From Octopus vulgaris (taxonomy: Eukaryota): a DNA stretch of 64,000 nt. The stretch lies in contig OX597831.1 in NCBI GenBank assembly GCA_951406725.2, forward strand, positions 57,846,001 through 57,910,000. Reading direction: 5' to 3'. The position numbers were made by a program, and so were the translations under genes. Positions within the stretch are counted from its first letter, which is position 1; each line of letters begins with the position of its first letter. Under the pieces are notes generated by a model. That model did no database searches, was not told where the DNA came from, and saw only the letters and a program-made list of their open reading frames with translations. Below, in pieces: positions 24,651-38,879 of this stretch.

Positions 24651-26861
24651 ACATCTCCATGCAGCACAGTGACTCGTGGCCTAGTGGTTAGGGTGCTGCA
24701 CACACAAGCACGAGATTATTGTTTCAATTCCTGGACTGGTTGGTGAGTTGTGTTTATGAGCAATACATCACATCTCTAGCTGCTCTGCAATAACTCCAAC
24801 ACCTGATGTATGGCACACTATCAATTTCATAGGGGGAGTGAGGTAAACTATGAACAAACTATTTGTGCAAATTGTTCAGCAAGATATTGCAGAATTGCAT
24901 TTCTCAGATTATGACAGACTATCATCATTATCTTATCATGGCAGTGAAAACAGTATATTCTGATCACTTTCTGATAGATCTTTTTTTGATAACAGCAGCT
25001 GACTGATACCATAAAACAAGTCTAATGCATAGAACCTACTAATTTTGACATTAACTGGTTGATAGCCTTTCATTTTCCCCTTTACCAATAACCTCTCTGC
25101 TTTTATTATACTTGCTTAGCATGCTATATTGAAGGAACTAAATATTCTGTCTGTGATGCACCTGATATTATGCAATAGCGATGACAGTTATGCTTCTATT
25201 AGCCGCCTGCACACCCAAAACGGTTCCTTTTCATTTCTACTACTTGAGTATTCCTTACACCAACATGCAGTTCTGAGCAGCGCTTGTTAGATAGAACACA
25301 CTAAGGCGGCGAGCTGGCAGAACCGTTAGCACGCCGGGCGAAATGCTTAGTAGTATTTCGTCTGTCGTTACGTTCTGAGTTCAAATTCCGCCGAGGTCAA
25401 CTTTGCCTTTCATCCTTTCGGGGTCGATAAATTAAGCACCAGTTACACACTGGCGTTGGTGTAATCGACTTTATCCCTTTGTCTGTCATTGTTTGTCCCC
25501 TCTATGTTTAGCCCCTTGTGGGCAGTGCCAGTGGTACGTAAAAAGCACCATCCGAGCGTGGCCGTTCGCCAGCCTCGTCTGGCACCTGTGTCGGTGGCAC
25601 ATAAAAAGCACCCACTACACTCACGGAGTGGTTGGTGTTAGGAAGGGCATCCAGCTGTAGAAACACTGCCAGATCAGACTGGCCTGGCGCAGCCTTCGGG
25701 CTTCCCAGACCCCAGTTGAACCGTCCAACCCCTGCTAGCATGGAAAGCGGACGTTAAACGATGATGATGATGACTATCCAAACCTCATACTCACAACTAT
25801 TGTCTTGAGTTGCTTCACCTGATTCCCACAAAAATGATTATACCATCCAATTTTGATATCATCGCCGCCCATTTAACATTCTATAGTTAATCATTAGACT
25901 ACTCCTTATTGTTGGCTTTCCTGATTCCGATCTGCTATTTCCTCTAACCCCTTACTAGGTGTATTTCATTACATAATCCCATCCTGCTTTAAATTTTGAA
26001 ATTTTAATTTTTAAACTCCTTATTGATAGAGTAGCACTCTACTATAGCTTTAATTCCATAAGTTCAATCTTATTACTTGATGGCCTCTGTACTCACCCCC
26101 TCTCCACTTCCAACCAATATCCACTGAATACCCCTAAATTTCTTTGTTTCTCTATCCTCCTCCACTGGTCATTTACCATTAGCAAGAGATTCTCATACTC
26201 CAACCCTATACCTGATTGGCTCGCATGCCTTTATTTTAATTTTATTTTAATTTTTTTATTGATCTTCTCTTTTTTCCCTTATCCTTAATTGTTTTACAAC
26301 CCATCCTTACTTACCACAACTCATAGCTTACCATAATAAATTTTCTCCTACAACCCTCTCCAGTCTACCCATGATCTAGTCTAGCAGATTCCTTCTCACC
26401 CAAATCACTGACCTTAGATATCAAATAACACACTTTAAAGAACTACATTCTTAACCTAAGCTGCCAACATAGTTGCTCATTCTCCCATTCATAGCTGGCC
26501 TCAACAGACATATCCCTGCTGGATTCTTGGATATTCTGTTATTTTATAAAATTATTTCCCATCTGATGACTATGGTCTTTTATAATGATATAATGTTCTC
26601 ATTTTCTGTTAAAAGTTGCGTAAGAAACAACTGTAATGAGCTGACATTTATCAATCATTTGTTATTATTCATTTGATTACAATACTTCAAAGGATTTACA
26701 ACTCATCAGACACCCTAGAGTATATCAACAATGTACTACTCAAAGTTACGTGTAATTTGGAGCAGTCCCTTAGGCCCTAAATACCTATAGCGTTAGTTTT
26801 CTCTGTGTACATAACCGAAGTATCCTATCTGATATTTCGACTCTCACCAACCATAGGCTGT

Positions 26862-27168
26862 GTGGAGGCACATGGCCAAGTGGTTAGAGCAGCGGACTCG
26901 CGGTCAAGGGATCGCGGGTTCGAATCTTAGACTGGGTGATGTGTGTGTTTATGAGCGAAACACCTAAGCTCCATGAGGCTCCGGCAGAAGGTAATGGCGA
27001 ACTTCTGCTGACTCTTTCGCCACAACTTTTTCTCACTCTTTCCTCCTGCATCTTGCAGCTCACCTGAAATGGACCGGCGTCCCATCCAGGTGGGGAACCT
27101 ATACTCCAAGAAACCGGGAAACCGGCCCTTATGAGCCATGCATGGCTTGAGAAGGAACAAACAACCAC
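26862..27168 (+). mobile_element. tRNA-derived SINE family D (V-domain-like body)
   Basis: Head GGAGGCACATGGCC.AGTGGTTAGAGCAGCGGACTCGCGGTC.AGGGATCGCGGGTTCGAATC with A and B boxes; body GACCGGCGTCCCATCCAGG. Second copy 33551-33853; related heads at 33311-33540 and 57245-57632(-). Confidence 0.85.
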
Positions 27169-27336
27169 AGGCAGGAACCACAGACATTGCCCAACCCTAC
27201 CTGGTGCATACCTTTCCAAGTACCTGATTCTACTGGAATCCTCATCTTACTCCTTATATATATAGATATATACATACATGTTTATATACATACACATGTG
27301 TATGAATGAATGTATGTGTTTATAAATATACATACA

Positions 27337-27753
27337 CGAGCAAAACGCCCCACCGTACAATGGATGATGCTGGGTTGTCAAACATTTAAACCAAATTTTC
27401 TTGAAACAACTTGTCTCTCCGTCCCATAGGCCTCCTCTTTGAGAAACAGTGATTTAACCTAAATTTGAGACATCAGCAAAAGAAGAAATAAAGATAGACT
27501 TTTTTTTTATTCCAAAGAAAAACGATTTTATTTGATCGCAACAGCTGATGTATTTGCACGTACAAATGCATGTTTCCACGGTTTTATCGATCGCATTCTC
27601 ACCTGGAATCGATTTTTGTAATTTTTTCAAGACTTATACATGCCCTGATACTGTTGGTATCTACATATCAAATTTGAGCGTAATTGGATGGAGGATGCCC
27701 GAGATCCTAGAAGACACACACACAGACAGACAGAACGGATTTTGTATAATAGA
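27337..27753 (-). mobile_element. Non-autonomous Helitron-like element, copy 1
   Basis: Reverse complement of 31126-31525. 5' A|TCTATTA and 3' ...GCGTTTTGCTCG|T, with no TIR or TSD. Confidence 0.65.
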
Positions 27754-27949
27754 TTTGACAGAGAGACACCACAATAAATGTAGTTTATATAGCATCCTAT
27801 AAATATCAGATTAATATCTGAAAATAATGCATACAATAATAATTTTTCTGTTGCACATGACATTCAAATTTGTAAGAGAATAGTTTGCGAAACACCTCTA
27901 AATATCAACGAAGGTGCAGCCTGAGAGAATCAGCTTGATTATATATTCT

Positions 27950-29036
27950 CATTAGTACATATTAAATTCTTGCTGGAGAAGAATAAAGGATTCCATAAAG
28001 GAAATTGTTCAAATTGGTGCACTTGGACATCACAGCAGCTGCATATATGCATATCCTGGATTGCATCCAACAGAAAGCCATTCAACCTAATTAACATAGA
28101 TTCAGTCATTAGCACATTGTTCCACACCACAACCACTAGCTCACAGATGCTCTATTTCTTCTGTTTTTCCTCTTCTTTTGGCATCTGCTTCTCTACACTT
28201 GTTAGCAGCATACCCCTTTCAACCTGTGCTTTCCATGAGCCTCACCTTCCAAACTTAGCACTCAACAATTCAGCTGTTGTTATACACTGTCATATTCAAA
28301 CTCGTGTTCTTGTCTTAGTTGTTATAGCCATAACATTTTGACCATTGTAAAATGGCAAGCTTGGCAGAATTGTTAGCATGCCAGGCAAAATGCTTTGTAG
28401 TATTTCATCTGTCTTTACATTCTGAGTTCAAATTCCACCAAGGTCGACTTTGCCTTTCATCCTTTCAGGGTTGATAAAATAAGTACCAGTTGAGCATTAG
28501 GGTTGATATAATTGGTTTACGCCTCTCCCCACAAATTTCTGGGATTGTGCCAAAATTTGGAACCAATATTTGACCATTGTGCTCCAACGCTTTCTTCAGG
28601 TGATTTCAAGTTTTCAGTATTGTTCTAGGAATTTCAAACTGGACCCATAAATCTATAGGGATAATTGTCCTCGTTCCCTCACAATACCAAAAATTGTCTT
28701 CTATTAGTTATTCTCCCATGCTATAGCTTGAATTAGAATATGTGTGTGTTTGACCGATCCAGGTGTTGATTTCACATCTATATGCTAAATTACTATGCTT
28801 AATACTTAATCAATGTTTATTTTATCTTTTATCTTTTTATTTGTTTCAATCTTTGAACTGTGGCCATGCTGGAGCACTGCCTTCAAGTGCTTAGCTGGAC
28901 AAATCACCCCCAGTACTTATAATTAACCTTGGTACTTATTCAATTATTATTCTCTTTTGCCAACCTGCTAAGTTACATGGATGTAAATAGACCAACACTG
29001 GTTGTCAAGTGGTGGTGGAGATCAATTACAAACATA

Positions 29037-29076
<40 letters not shown>

Positions 29077-29370
29077 CACATACAATAAGCTTCTGTCAGT
29101 TTCTCTCTATTAGATCCACTCACAAGGCTTTGGTTGGCCTGAAGCTATTGTAAAAAAACACATGACCAAAGTGCCATGCAATGGGACTGAACTCAAGACC
29201 ACATGGTTGGGAAGCAAGTCTCTTAACCATACAGCCACACCTGCAAATATGTCAGAGTATAATAATGATAATTCTTCATATCAGTTATTCAAATAAAACT
29301 GACTCGATCTTTCCTCTCCAGCTGGAACCCCTCTGGAATAATTCTCTTCCAGCAGATGCTTTTTCCTGGC
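27950..29370 (+). mobile_element. Very old LINE ORF2 3' remnant interrupted by SINEs
   Basis: Remnants ILDCIQQKA (~28050-28080) and IFP...LWNNSLPA..F (~29305-29365) resemble the LD.IQ..A and FP....WN.LP C-terminal motifs of CR1/jockey-group LINEs. Confidence 0.4.
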
Positions 29371-29495
29371 ATTAGGAAGGGCATCCAGCTGTAGAAACTC
29401 TGCCAGATCAAGATTGAAGCCTGGTGCAGCCATCTGGTTCACCAGCCCTCAGTCATTCATCCAACCCATGCTAGCATGGAAAGCGGATGTTAAAC

Positions 29496-29529
<34 letters not shown>

Positions 29530-29623
29530 AACCTGGAGATATCATAGTTGAACATAACTTCTACTCCGTTAATATCACCAGTCTTGGAGAAACCTCTATA
29601 TGTGACAGACACTGTCACTTCTC

Positions 29624-30462
29624 CAGGGCCAGATTAAGACCTATTAAGGCCCTAAGTGCTTAAAAGATTTTGGTACCACCATACATATGTAATTCAAAAT
29701 TTAAACAATAATAAACCATAAAATGATTTTCTTTTGTTTTTCAAAATGAAACAAAACTAAGAATAAGATGGGGAAAAAATATTTGTTTTATCATTTTCTG
29801 CTTCCACTTTATATTTGAAAAATTTTCTATTTTTTTTCTAATTGTTAAGCCTTTGATCAAATCCTCACCATGACACCATGAACACTTTGAAATTATATTT
29901 CCATTCAGGAGTGGCTATGTGGTAAGTAGCTTGTTTACCAACCACATGGTTCCGGGGTTCAGTCCCACTGCGTGGCATCTTGGGCAAGTGTCTTCTACTA
30001 TAGCCTCGGGCCGACCAAAGCCTTGTGAGTGGATTTGGTAAACGGAAACTGAAAGAAGACCGTCGTATATATGTATATATATATGTGAGTGCGTGTATGT
30101 TTGTGTGTCTGTGTTTGTTCCCCTAGCATTGCTTGACAACCGATGTTGGTGTGTTTATGTCCCCGTTACTTAGCAGTTCGGCAAAAGAGACTGATAGAAT
30201 AAGTACTGGGCTTGCAAAGAATAAGTCCTGGGGTCGAGTTGCTTGATTAAAGGCGGTGCTCCAGCATGGCCGCAGTCAAATGACTGAAACAAGTAAAAGA
30301 GTAAAAGAGTAAAAGAGTATATACACTACCTCAAATATTATTTTAGCAAGTTTAAAGTGATTTCTTTTGTGCTGTAAGGCCATTCACCATTTCTGTGGTA
30401 CCCCCACTTCCTTTGATGTCCTAAGCATGTGCTTATCTTGATTAATGATTAATCCAGCACTG
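29624..30462. mobile_element. hAT-like MITE with a nested family C SINE
   Basis: Termini CAGGGCCAGATTAA / TTAATCCAGCACTG, 8-bp TSD cacttctc / cacttctt. SINE inserted at ~29907-30318. Confidence 0.8.
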
Positions 30463-31125
30463 CACTTCTTTTATTGTTACATAATAAAAAAAAAGGTGGT
30501 AAGCTGGCAGAATTGCTGGTAATCTGGGCAAAATGCTTTGTAGCATTTTGTATGTCCTTATGTTCTGAGTTCAGATTCCGTCAAGGTCAACTTTGTTTTT
30601 TTTCCTTTCAGGGCTGATAAAATAAGTACCTGTTGAGTACTGGGGTCAATGTAATCGACATATCCTCACCCGTCCCACCAAAAAATTTCAGGCCTTGTTC
30701 CTATAGAAGAAAGGATTATTACAAAAAGATTAGGTATCCTCCGTGATCAAGGATTCATAAGATTGGTATTTATCATGTACTTTTTATAGCGTTAAGGGGT
30801 TGAGAGATAAACCTTAACCTGGATAAGATGCTGGTTTATCTAAGATAACTTCCTTCAAGAAAGGTCATCTACGATAACCTTTCTTGATGGAGGAATTAAC
30901 TAGAGCACTAAAAGCAGCTATACACTCGTCAATCCTACAGAAGTGAATTGAGTCAACCATGGTATTTACTTAGCTATGACTGAGTTTGGTTTATGAGAGT
31001 TCTAAATTGTCATAGCTATGGACACAATCTAGTGTTAGTGGTAAGTTGAACATCTCTTGGTTGATCTCTCGGTGGATTGTTTGGTAGGTAGCCTATTGAC
31101 TGTGCCATATGCACTCTTCCATTAA

Positions 31126-31525
31126 TCTATTACATAAAATCTGTTATGTCTGTCTGTGTGTGTGTGTCTTCTAGGATCTCGGGCATCCTCCATCTGATTG
31201 CGCTCAAATTCGATATGTAGATAACGATGGTATCAAGGCATGAATAAGTCTTGAAAAAATTACAAAAATCGATTCCAGGTGAGAATGCAATCGAGAAAGC
31301 CGTGGGAACGTGCATTTGTATGTGCAAGTACATCAGCTTTTTTTTTCTTGGAATAGAAAAAAGTCTATCTTTATTTCTTTTTTTGCTGGTGTCTCAAATT
31401 TAGGTTAAATCAATGTTTCTCAAAGGGGAGGCCTATGGGACGGTCGGACAAGTTGTTTTGAGAAAATTTGGTTTAAATGTTTGACAACTCAGCACTGTCT
31501 ATTGGATGGGGGTGCGTTTTGCTCG
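31126..31525 (+). mobile_element. Non-autonomous Helitron-like element, copy 2
   Basis: Starts A|TC, ends CTCG|T (CTRR variant), has a subterminal microsatellite, and is clearly homologous to 27337-27753. Confidence 0.65.
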
Positions 31526-34500
31526 TAAGATATACACCATGCAAGCATAGAAAAAAATAGACATAAAACAACGATGGTAATGATGATGACGATGATGTTG
31601 ATGATGACGACAATGACAATGATAATGATAATATTAGTGGTTGGTGAAGATTTTGGCATTGTTGTTTTTGGTGGTGGTTGTGATGCTGCTGATAGTTTTT
31701 TAAAAGAATTTTTCCTAACCACATGATTCCAGGTTCAGTCTCACTGTGTGGTACCTTGGACAAGCTTCTTCTACTATAGCTTTGGGTTGACCAAGGCCTT
31801 GTGAGTAGATTTGGTAGATGAAAACTAAAAGAAGTCCATTATATATATGTGTGTGTGTGTATGTGCGCATGTGTCTTTGTGTCACAGATTGTCCCCCACC
31901 ACTTCTTGACAACTGGTGTAGGTGTGTTTACGTCCCTGTAACTTAGCAGTTTGGCAAAAGTGACCGATACAATAAGTGCCAGTCTTGAAGATAAAGTACT
32001 GGGGCTGATTCATTTGACTAAAATTTCTTCAAGGCAGTGCCCCAGCATGGCCATGGTTTAATGACTGTAACAAGTAAAAGATAAAAGATATGGCTTTAGC
32101 CTGAAGGAAAATGGTGTAGTCCATGACGGCGAGCTGGCGGAATCGTTAGCACGCCGGGCGAAATGCGTAGCCGTATTTCATCTGCCGTTATGTTCTGGGT
32201 TCAAACTCTGCCGAGGTCGACTTTGCCTTTCATCCTTTCGGGGTCGATAAATTAAGTACCAGTTAAGCACTGGGGTCGATGTAATCGACTTAATCCGCTT
32301 GTCTGTCCTTGTTTGTCCTCTCTGTGTTTAGCCCTTGTGGGTAGTAAAGAAATAGATGTAGTCCATGACTCTTTAGGGTCCCTAAGGTAACTGAGAGGAA
32401 GACCTGGGTCAAAATACTTTCAACAGAGTGGGCTCTACTAAAAGCACCCAAGACCAGACAATGGCCCTAAAATGGGTAACAGATTTTACTATGCACATTC
32501 TCCAAACAATACTGATAAATAGTCAGTAAGTTAACTATATTTGAACAACCAAGGTGGCGAGCTGGCAGAAACGTTAGTGCGCCGGGCGAAATGCTTAGCG
32601 GCATTTTGTCTGTTGTTACGTTCTGAGTTCAAATTCCGCCGAGGTCGACTTTACCTTTCATCCTCTCGGGGTTGATAAATAAAGTACCAGTTTTGCACTG
32701 GGTCGATGTAATCGACTTAATCCCTTTGTCTGTCTTTGTTTGTACCCTCTATGTTTAGCCCCTTGTGGGTAGTAAAGAAATATATATTTGAACAACCAGA
32801 CACAAAAATGGAAGAAATGAGAAAACCAAAGAAGCAATTGTTTATGGAAGACAGCCATGAATTTTATTAATCCAAGTTGCTAAAAACAGAAAACATCCAA
32901 TAATCGATGACTCAGTGTACAGTACTTATTTTAGTTCTTGTGATCTTTGAACTTCATCCAAAAACAATGTGTTTCTCAGATGATACCATTTCTAAATAAA
33001 TTAGGTAAATTTAGATTATAATTCTGATTAACAGGTCAAAAAAAAAAAAAAGAAATGTAGTGAAGTTCATCATCTACACAAAGCATATTCTACACAATTG
33101 TTATGTAATAAAATGCAAAAGCACAACAAACATAACATGTAATTTATCCAATCACCATTCAAGAAAATAACCCATATTCTACATGATTGCCACCAAATAA
33201 CTTTACACAACATAAGAGCAGTCATGGCTGTGAGGTAAGAAGTTTACTTCCCTACCATATGGTTTCAGGTTCACTCTTGCTGTGTGGCACCTTGGGCAAG
33301 TGTCATCATGTGGAGGCACGCGGCTTAATGGTTAGGGTGTGGTTTCGATTCCTGGACTGGGTGATGCATTGTGTTCTTGAGCAAAACACTTCATTTCACA
33401 TTGCTCCAGTCCACTCAGCTGGCAAAAATGAGTAACGCTGCGATGGACTGGTGTCCCGTCCAGCTGGGGAACACATACGCCATTGAAACCGGGAAACTGG
33501 GCCCATGAGCCTGGCTAGGCTCTAAAAGGGCGCATTTATTATTTGCTTGTGGAGATACACGGCCTAGTGGTTAGAGCAGCGGACTCGCAGTTGAGGGATC
33601 GCAGGTTCAAATCTCAGACCGGGCAATGTGTGTGTTTATGAGCAAAAACACCTAAGCTCCTTTGGCTCTGGCAGAAAGTAATGGCGAAACTTCTGCTGAC
33701 TCTTTCGCCACAACTTTCTCTCACTCTTTCCTCCTGCATCTTGCAGCTCACCTGCGACGGACTGGTGTCCCATCCAGGTGGGGAACCTATATGCCAAGGA
33801 AACTGGGAAACCGGCCCTTATGAGCCAGGCATGGCTCGAGAAGGAACAAACAAGTGTCATCAACTATAGCCCTGGGCCAACTGAAGCTTGGTGAGTGAAT
33901 TTGATAGACAGAAACTGAAAGAAGTTCAGCATATATATGTAAATATATATAAATATATACATAGAAGAGGTTTGTGGAAAAATAGGTGGTAATGCATTAA
34001 AGAATTTATGAACTACCATTCTGAAGTTCTTGTTATTATTATATTCATCCTTTGCTATAGTGGCACCAAACTAATAACCATTTCATAAAATTACTCTAGA
34101 AGTTGGGAATGATGAGCAGTAGCTGGAATAAATAGCATAGGAACTTTTTATGAACGCACTCAAAAATGTTTCATAGGAGTGGCTGTGTGGTAAGATGAGT
34201 TTGGCATACTCTTTCTGAAGGGAGAGGACAGAATAGACAGCTTCCTAAGAAAGTGAGAAGGCTGGATGGAGGAGCCCTTAGCCTGGACCAAAAACCCGAA
34301 TTGGCCTTCGCAGGTGACTGCGAAGGTCATATCAGAGGTCAACATGTCCAGGGTGTTGGGCTCCTTTACGAAGGACTTGTTTAGAGTGGATTTTTGGGAC
34401 CGCGACCGGGATCCAGAGCAGTACCTATGGGCAGCCCACAGCCTGGTCAGGGACGAAGAAGAATAGGCTCAGGTGTAATGAATAGCCTCTAAATTCTAAG

Positions 34501-37022
34501 TCAAGATTTGAAACCAAATCTACATTTTTAAACCACTTCCTTTCCTATTGTTTTCAGCATTTGCACTTAGAAATTTATGCAAGTCAACTGCCATACTTAG
34601 TTCAGTTCTATTGTTTAAGTTAACATTCTTAGGTGAAATAGAGTTCAGGCAGATAAGAGACAGAAAATCCTTCATTTAACCTGACTTAATTCAGATAAAA
34701 AAAATATAAATACAGAACCCAAAATCGGATCCATCATTTTCAGTCACTTGGCATCCATCTGAGGACCATCTGTTCACCTTTCTTCACTTATGGATTGTCA
34801 TCACATGACAATACAACTTTCACCCTATCTAATTGCCAGCCTAGAGAGGTAGGCTCTCTTACTTTTTCTGTCTGCTTGTCTTCTAGCAGTCACACACAGA
34901 TGAAATTAACTACTTACAGAATGGATACCAAAAGAACAAATAATTTGTGTATGATGTTTACAAAGTCAGAAAACAGCACAGCTCCCATGACTTCCGGAAA
35001 CATTTTCTCACACTAAGAGTTGCTGAAGCATGGAACAAACTGCCGGCATCAGTTGTTAGTTGTTGGAGCACTTCATCCTTCAAAACTTCCATGCTTCCTA
35101 AGATGCGCCAACATTACACCTGATTTTCTCCCCTCCATACACACGCAAGCATGTATCTGACTCATACACTGTTCACTTCCCAGACATTTGTGCATTACTG
35201 CATATGCTTTATACGCACTTTTGACAAATTGTGGTGCACCTGAGCACTGTATACAATAATTTCATTATATTATATATATGACAACACCTCAAAGAAGTTG
35301 TATCTTAAATTGTAATGAACCTTATAAGGGACCATTTCAACTAATTATAGATTTTCTTCTGCTCATTTATTTGCTACATATTATTGTTACATAGGTATGT
35401 ATGTGTGTGTGTGCCTTTGTATCCCTACTGCCTTGACAATCAGTGGAAGTTTGCCCAAAGAGAATGACAGAATAAATACCAGACATAAAAAGTAAAAATT
35501 AGGGTGGATTTCCTTGACTAAACCCTTCAAATTAATGCTCCAGAATGGCAGCAGACCAATGATTGAAACAAGTAAAAGATAAAAGATAAGCAAATGAAGA
35601 ATGAAACAAACCTTATTGGGCAGTAAAGTCTAAATATGGTGTGAAAAGAGCTGCAAGAAAATATCATTAGTGCAAAAATGCTAAAATCCTAACTGGGATT
35701 TTCAGCATTCTCTTTTACTCTTTTACTTGTTTCAGTCATTTGACTACGGCCATGCTGGAGCACCACCTTTAGGCGAAGAAATCGACCCCAGGATTTATTC
35801 AAGTGATGCTGGGGGACAAATACAGGCACACAAACATATACACACATACATATATATATACATATCCACTCACAAGGCTTTGGTTGGCCCGAGGATATAG
35901 TAGAAAACACTTGCCCAAAGTGCTATGCAGTGGGACTGAACCTGGAACCATGTGGTTGGTAAGCAAGCTACTTACCACACAGCCACTCCTGCACCTATTC
36001 ATTCATAGTTTTCACATTGGCAGTTCACAGTAAAATTGTTTTTACTTAAGATAAACATATTTTGGACTATTAACCTCATTTGTTCAGAGAAGACTTCATT
36101 TTTTTTTTTTAATAATTATATTTACCTTTTGTTTTACTTGGTTTGTTTTCTGATAGTTATCAGATGTCTTATAACTAGATGTATACATAATACCTGACTG
36201 GATTTATGTAATAAGCTTTTATTTCTTAACAAATTGTAACAATTCACAAGGCCATTTATATTGTTCCTATGTCCCCATGCTAATCTCTATACCCAGCCCT
36301 TTCTTCTCAGATTGTTGATCCTCTGGGATTATCTCTCTGTCTATTTATTACCTGCTGCTGTCAAACTGTAATTGTTGAAGAAGAGCATTAACTGTTTCAG
36401 TCTCACTGTCTTCACAGGACCTGTACAGTCAATTTCTTTATTAACCAAGAGGTTGAGAAAAAGAGGAGCCGATATGAGGACAGACGAAAACAAACATTGG
36501 GGGTCAAGGGATCGAATGAGACGAAATGAAACATATGAATAAACAAACAATAAGGCGGTGGGCTGGTAGAAACGTTAGCACCCCGGGCGAAATGCTTAGT
36601 GGTAATTCGTCTGCTGTTACGTTCTGAGTTCAAATTCCGCCGAGGTTGACTTTGCCTTTCATCTTTTCGGGATCGATAAATTAAGTACCAGTTACGCACT
36701 GGGGTCGATGTAATCGACTTAATCCCTTTGTCAGTACTTGTTTGTCCCCTCTATGCTTAGTCCCTTGTGGGCAATAAAAATAAAAAAAAGAAAAAACAAA
36801 CAATTAAAATATATACAATTAAATCAGAATGTGTGATTTACAAAAAAATGAAGCAGAGGATGTGGTCGACCCCACAAACCACATACTCACACTGAAGACT
36901 TTGGTTTGTCCTTTTTTTGTTCTCGTTTAGACAGTCCTGGACTCAACCACTTCCAGTCAAAGAGAAAAATAATAAAAAAAAAAACTCTTTTATATGTTGA
37001 GTGTATTTCTCATGTGTGTATA

Positions 37023-37490
37023 TCATCATCATCATCATCATCCTTTAACGTCCGCTTTCCATGCTAGCATGGGTTGGACGATTTGACTGAGGTCTGGCGA
37101 ACCAGATGGCTGCACCAGACTCCAATCTTGATCTGGCAGAGTTTCTTCATCTGGATGCCCTTCCTAACGCCAACCACTCCGAGAGTGTAGTGGGTGCTTT
37201 TATGTACCACCAGCGCGAGGGCCAGTCAGGCGGTACTGGCAGCGGCCATGCTCAAATGGTGCTTTCTATGTGCCACCTGCACAGGAGCTAGTCCAGCGGC
37301 ACTGGCAACGACCTCACTTGAATGTTTTTCACATGCCACCAGCACAAGTACCAGTAAGGCGACGCAGGTAATGATCACGCTCGAATGGTGCTTTTTACGT
37401 GCCACCAGCACGGAGGCCAGCTTGTTGCTCTGGCAACAATCACGCTCATATGGTACTCTTAGCGCTCCACTAGCACGGATGCCAGTCATC
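37023..37490 (-). mobile_element. Long variant of family A with ~5 diverged ~63-bp modules
   Basis: Repeated GGTGCTTTTTACGTGCCACCAGCAC-like blocks separated by related GCCAG..CTGGC segments. The same module series appears in forward orientation at ~51640-52097. Confidence 0.85.
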
Positions 37491-37750
37491 GAATTTGATT
37501 TCAATTTCACTTGCCTCAACTGGTCTTTGCAAGCTGAGTTTAATGTCCAATGAAGGAAAGGTATGCATAAGTGGGCTGGTTTATCATATAATTAATCTTG
37601 TAAAGTGATTGGCAATAGAAACCATGCTAAAGCAGACATAAAGAACCTGATGCGGCTCTGCAGTTTGTTAGGTCCTGTTAACCCATCCAACTTATGCCAG
37701 AATAGAACAGACATTAAATGATAATAATGATGATAATGATGATGATGATA

Positions 37751-37781
<31 letters not shown>

Positions 37782-38879
37782 CGTTGACGATGATGAATCC
37801 TCTTTTTCATAATTTAGAAATAAGGCACCAATGATTTAGTCGTCCAGACTGGTTTTTAGCATCTTTTTCTGCCTTGTCCCATGTAGGGCCACTTTCCCTC
37901 ATTTTACCTTCAACTGTTCTTCACTATGTTTGTTTCCGCCATTCAGGCTTTCACTTTCCAGATAATGTCAGTCTTAAGTTAATGCTACCTTTCTCATCTA
38001 CTGTGAGAGTGTGGCCATCTGAGCCGTGAGCATTCTATTTCAAGAACTATTTTATTGCAACCAGTTTTGAGGCATAGTTCCTCATTTGACAGTCTGATTT
38101 TCAGAATGACATTGTAGGGTAACTGTGAGAGGCATGATCTGGCCAGTTTGAAAATAAAACAGACAGACTCTTTGGGCTGGATATGGCCAGCTTAAATGCT
38201 AAAGGGTTATATGTTATAATTGAAAATAAATAATAAATAATTCAGCAGTGATGATACAAGTTGCCAAAAAGCATCAGAGAAAACGTGTAAAAACTTTTGA
38301 CTCAACCTGGTATAAAACCTTTATTACATGTACACATTTTTTTCATTCAGACACACAACTTAGTTTTTGTTATAATTATAACTATTACTCTGACCAGCAC
38401 AGTTGTCATAACCACAGCAACAACAACAACTAATACTACTCCACTACTAACACTTCTAATAGTACAATTCATGACAGCTATTGATTATATGAACATTTAA
38501 CAGATAAAACTTCAATCGTATGTTCTTATCTTGAGTACAATTTGAGTAGTATTTCCCTGTCACCTCATTGTCCTATGATAATTCCTAGCAACACCTGTAT
38601 CATTAACATTTTTCTTTGCTTTATTAATTCTTTCATTCTTTTATTGGTTCTGGTATTTTAACTGTGGCCATGCTAGAGAACCCCTTTAAGGGTTTCAGTA
38701 GGCCATATCAAAACCAGTACTTTCTTCAGTTTGATACTTCTCTTCTTGATCTCTATCGAATGGTTATATTACCTTTTGGCATAAAAGAAAGTAACTTGAC
38801 ATCATTTTACACTGATATATTCTAAGATACACACATATCTATATAAAAAATACAGAAACTCGCTGAAAGTGAGAGCATG

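Noticed and set aside
26862-26935. tRNA-like sequence (also ~33551-33625 and ~57560-57632)
   Set aside because: The A/B boxes continue into a shared SINE body and the acceptor stem is incomplete. These are SINE heads, not tRNA genes.
34200-34470. GC-richer ORF-like insert after a SINE head
   Set aside because: It has internal stops and no recognisable motif. It is probably a retroelement fragment that I cannot assign.
34740-34805. Box C/D snoRNA-like GTGATGA...CTGA on the minus strand
   Set aside because: The same sequence reads as a degenerate RTE-type LINE C-terminus (HVM...VLRWMP), and I see no convincing rRNA guide.
37190-37490. CRISPR-like repeat/spacer appearance (also 44565-45690 and 51640-51930)
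   Set aside because: The spacers are homologous to each other, the context is eukaryotic and there are no cas genes. These are diverged tandem modules of a retroposon.
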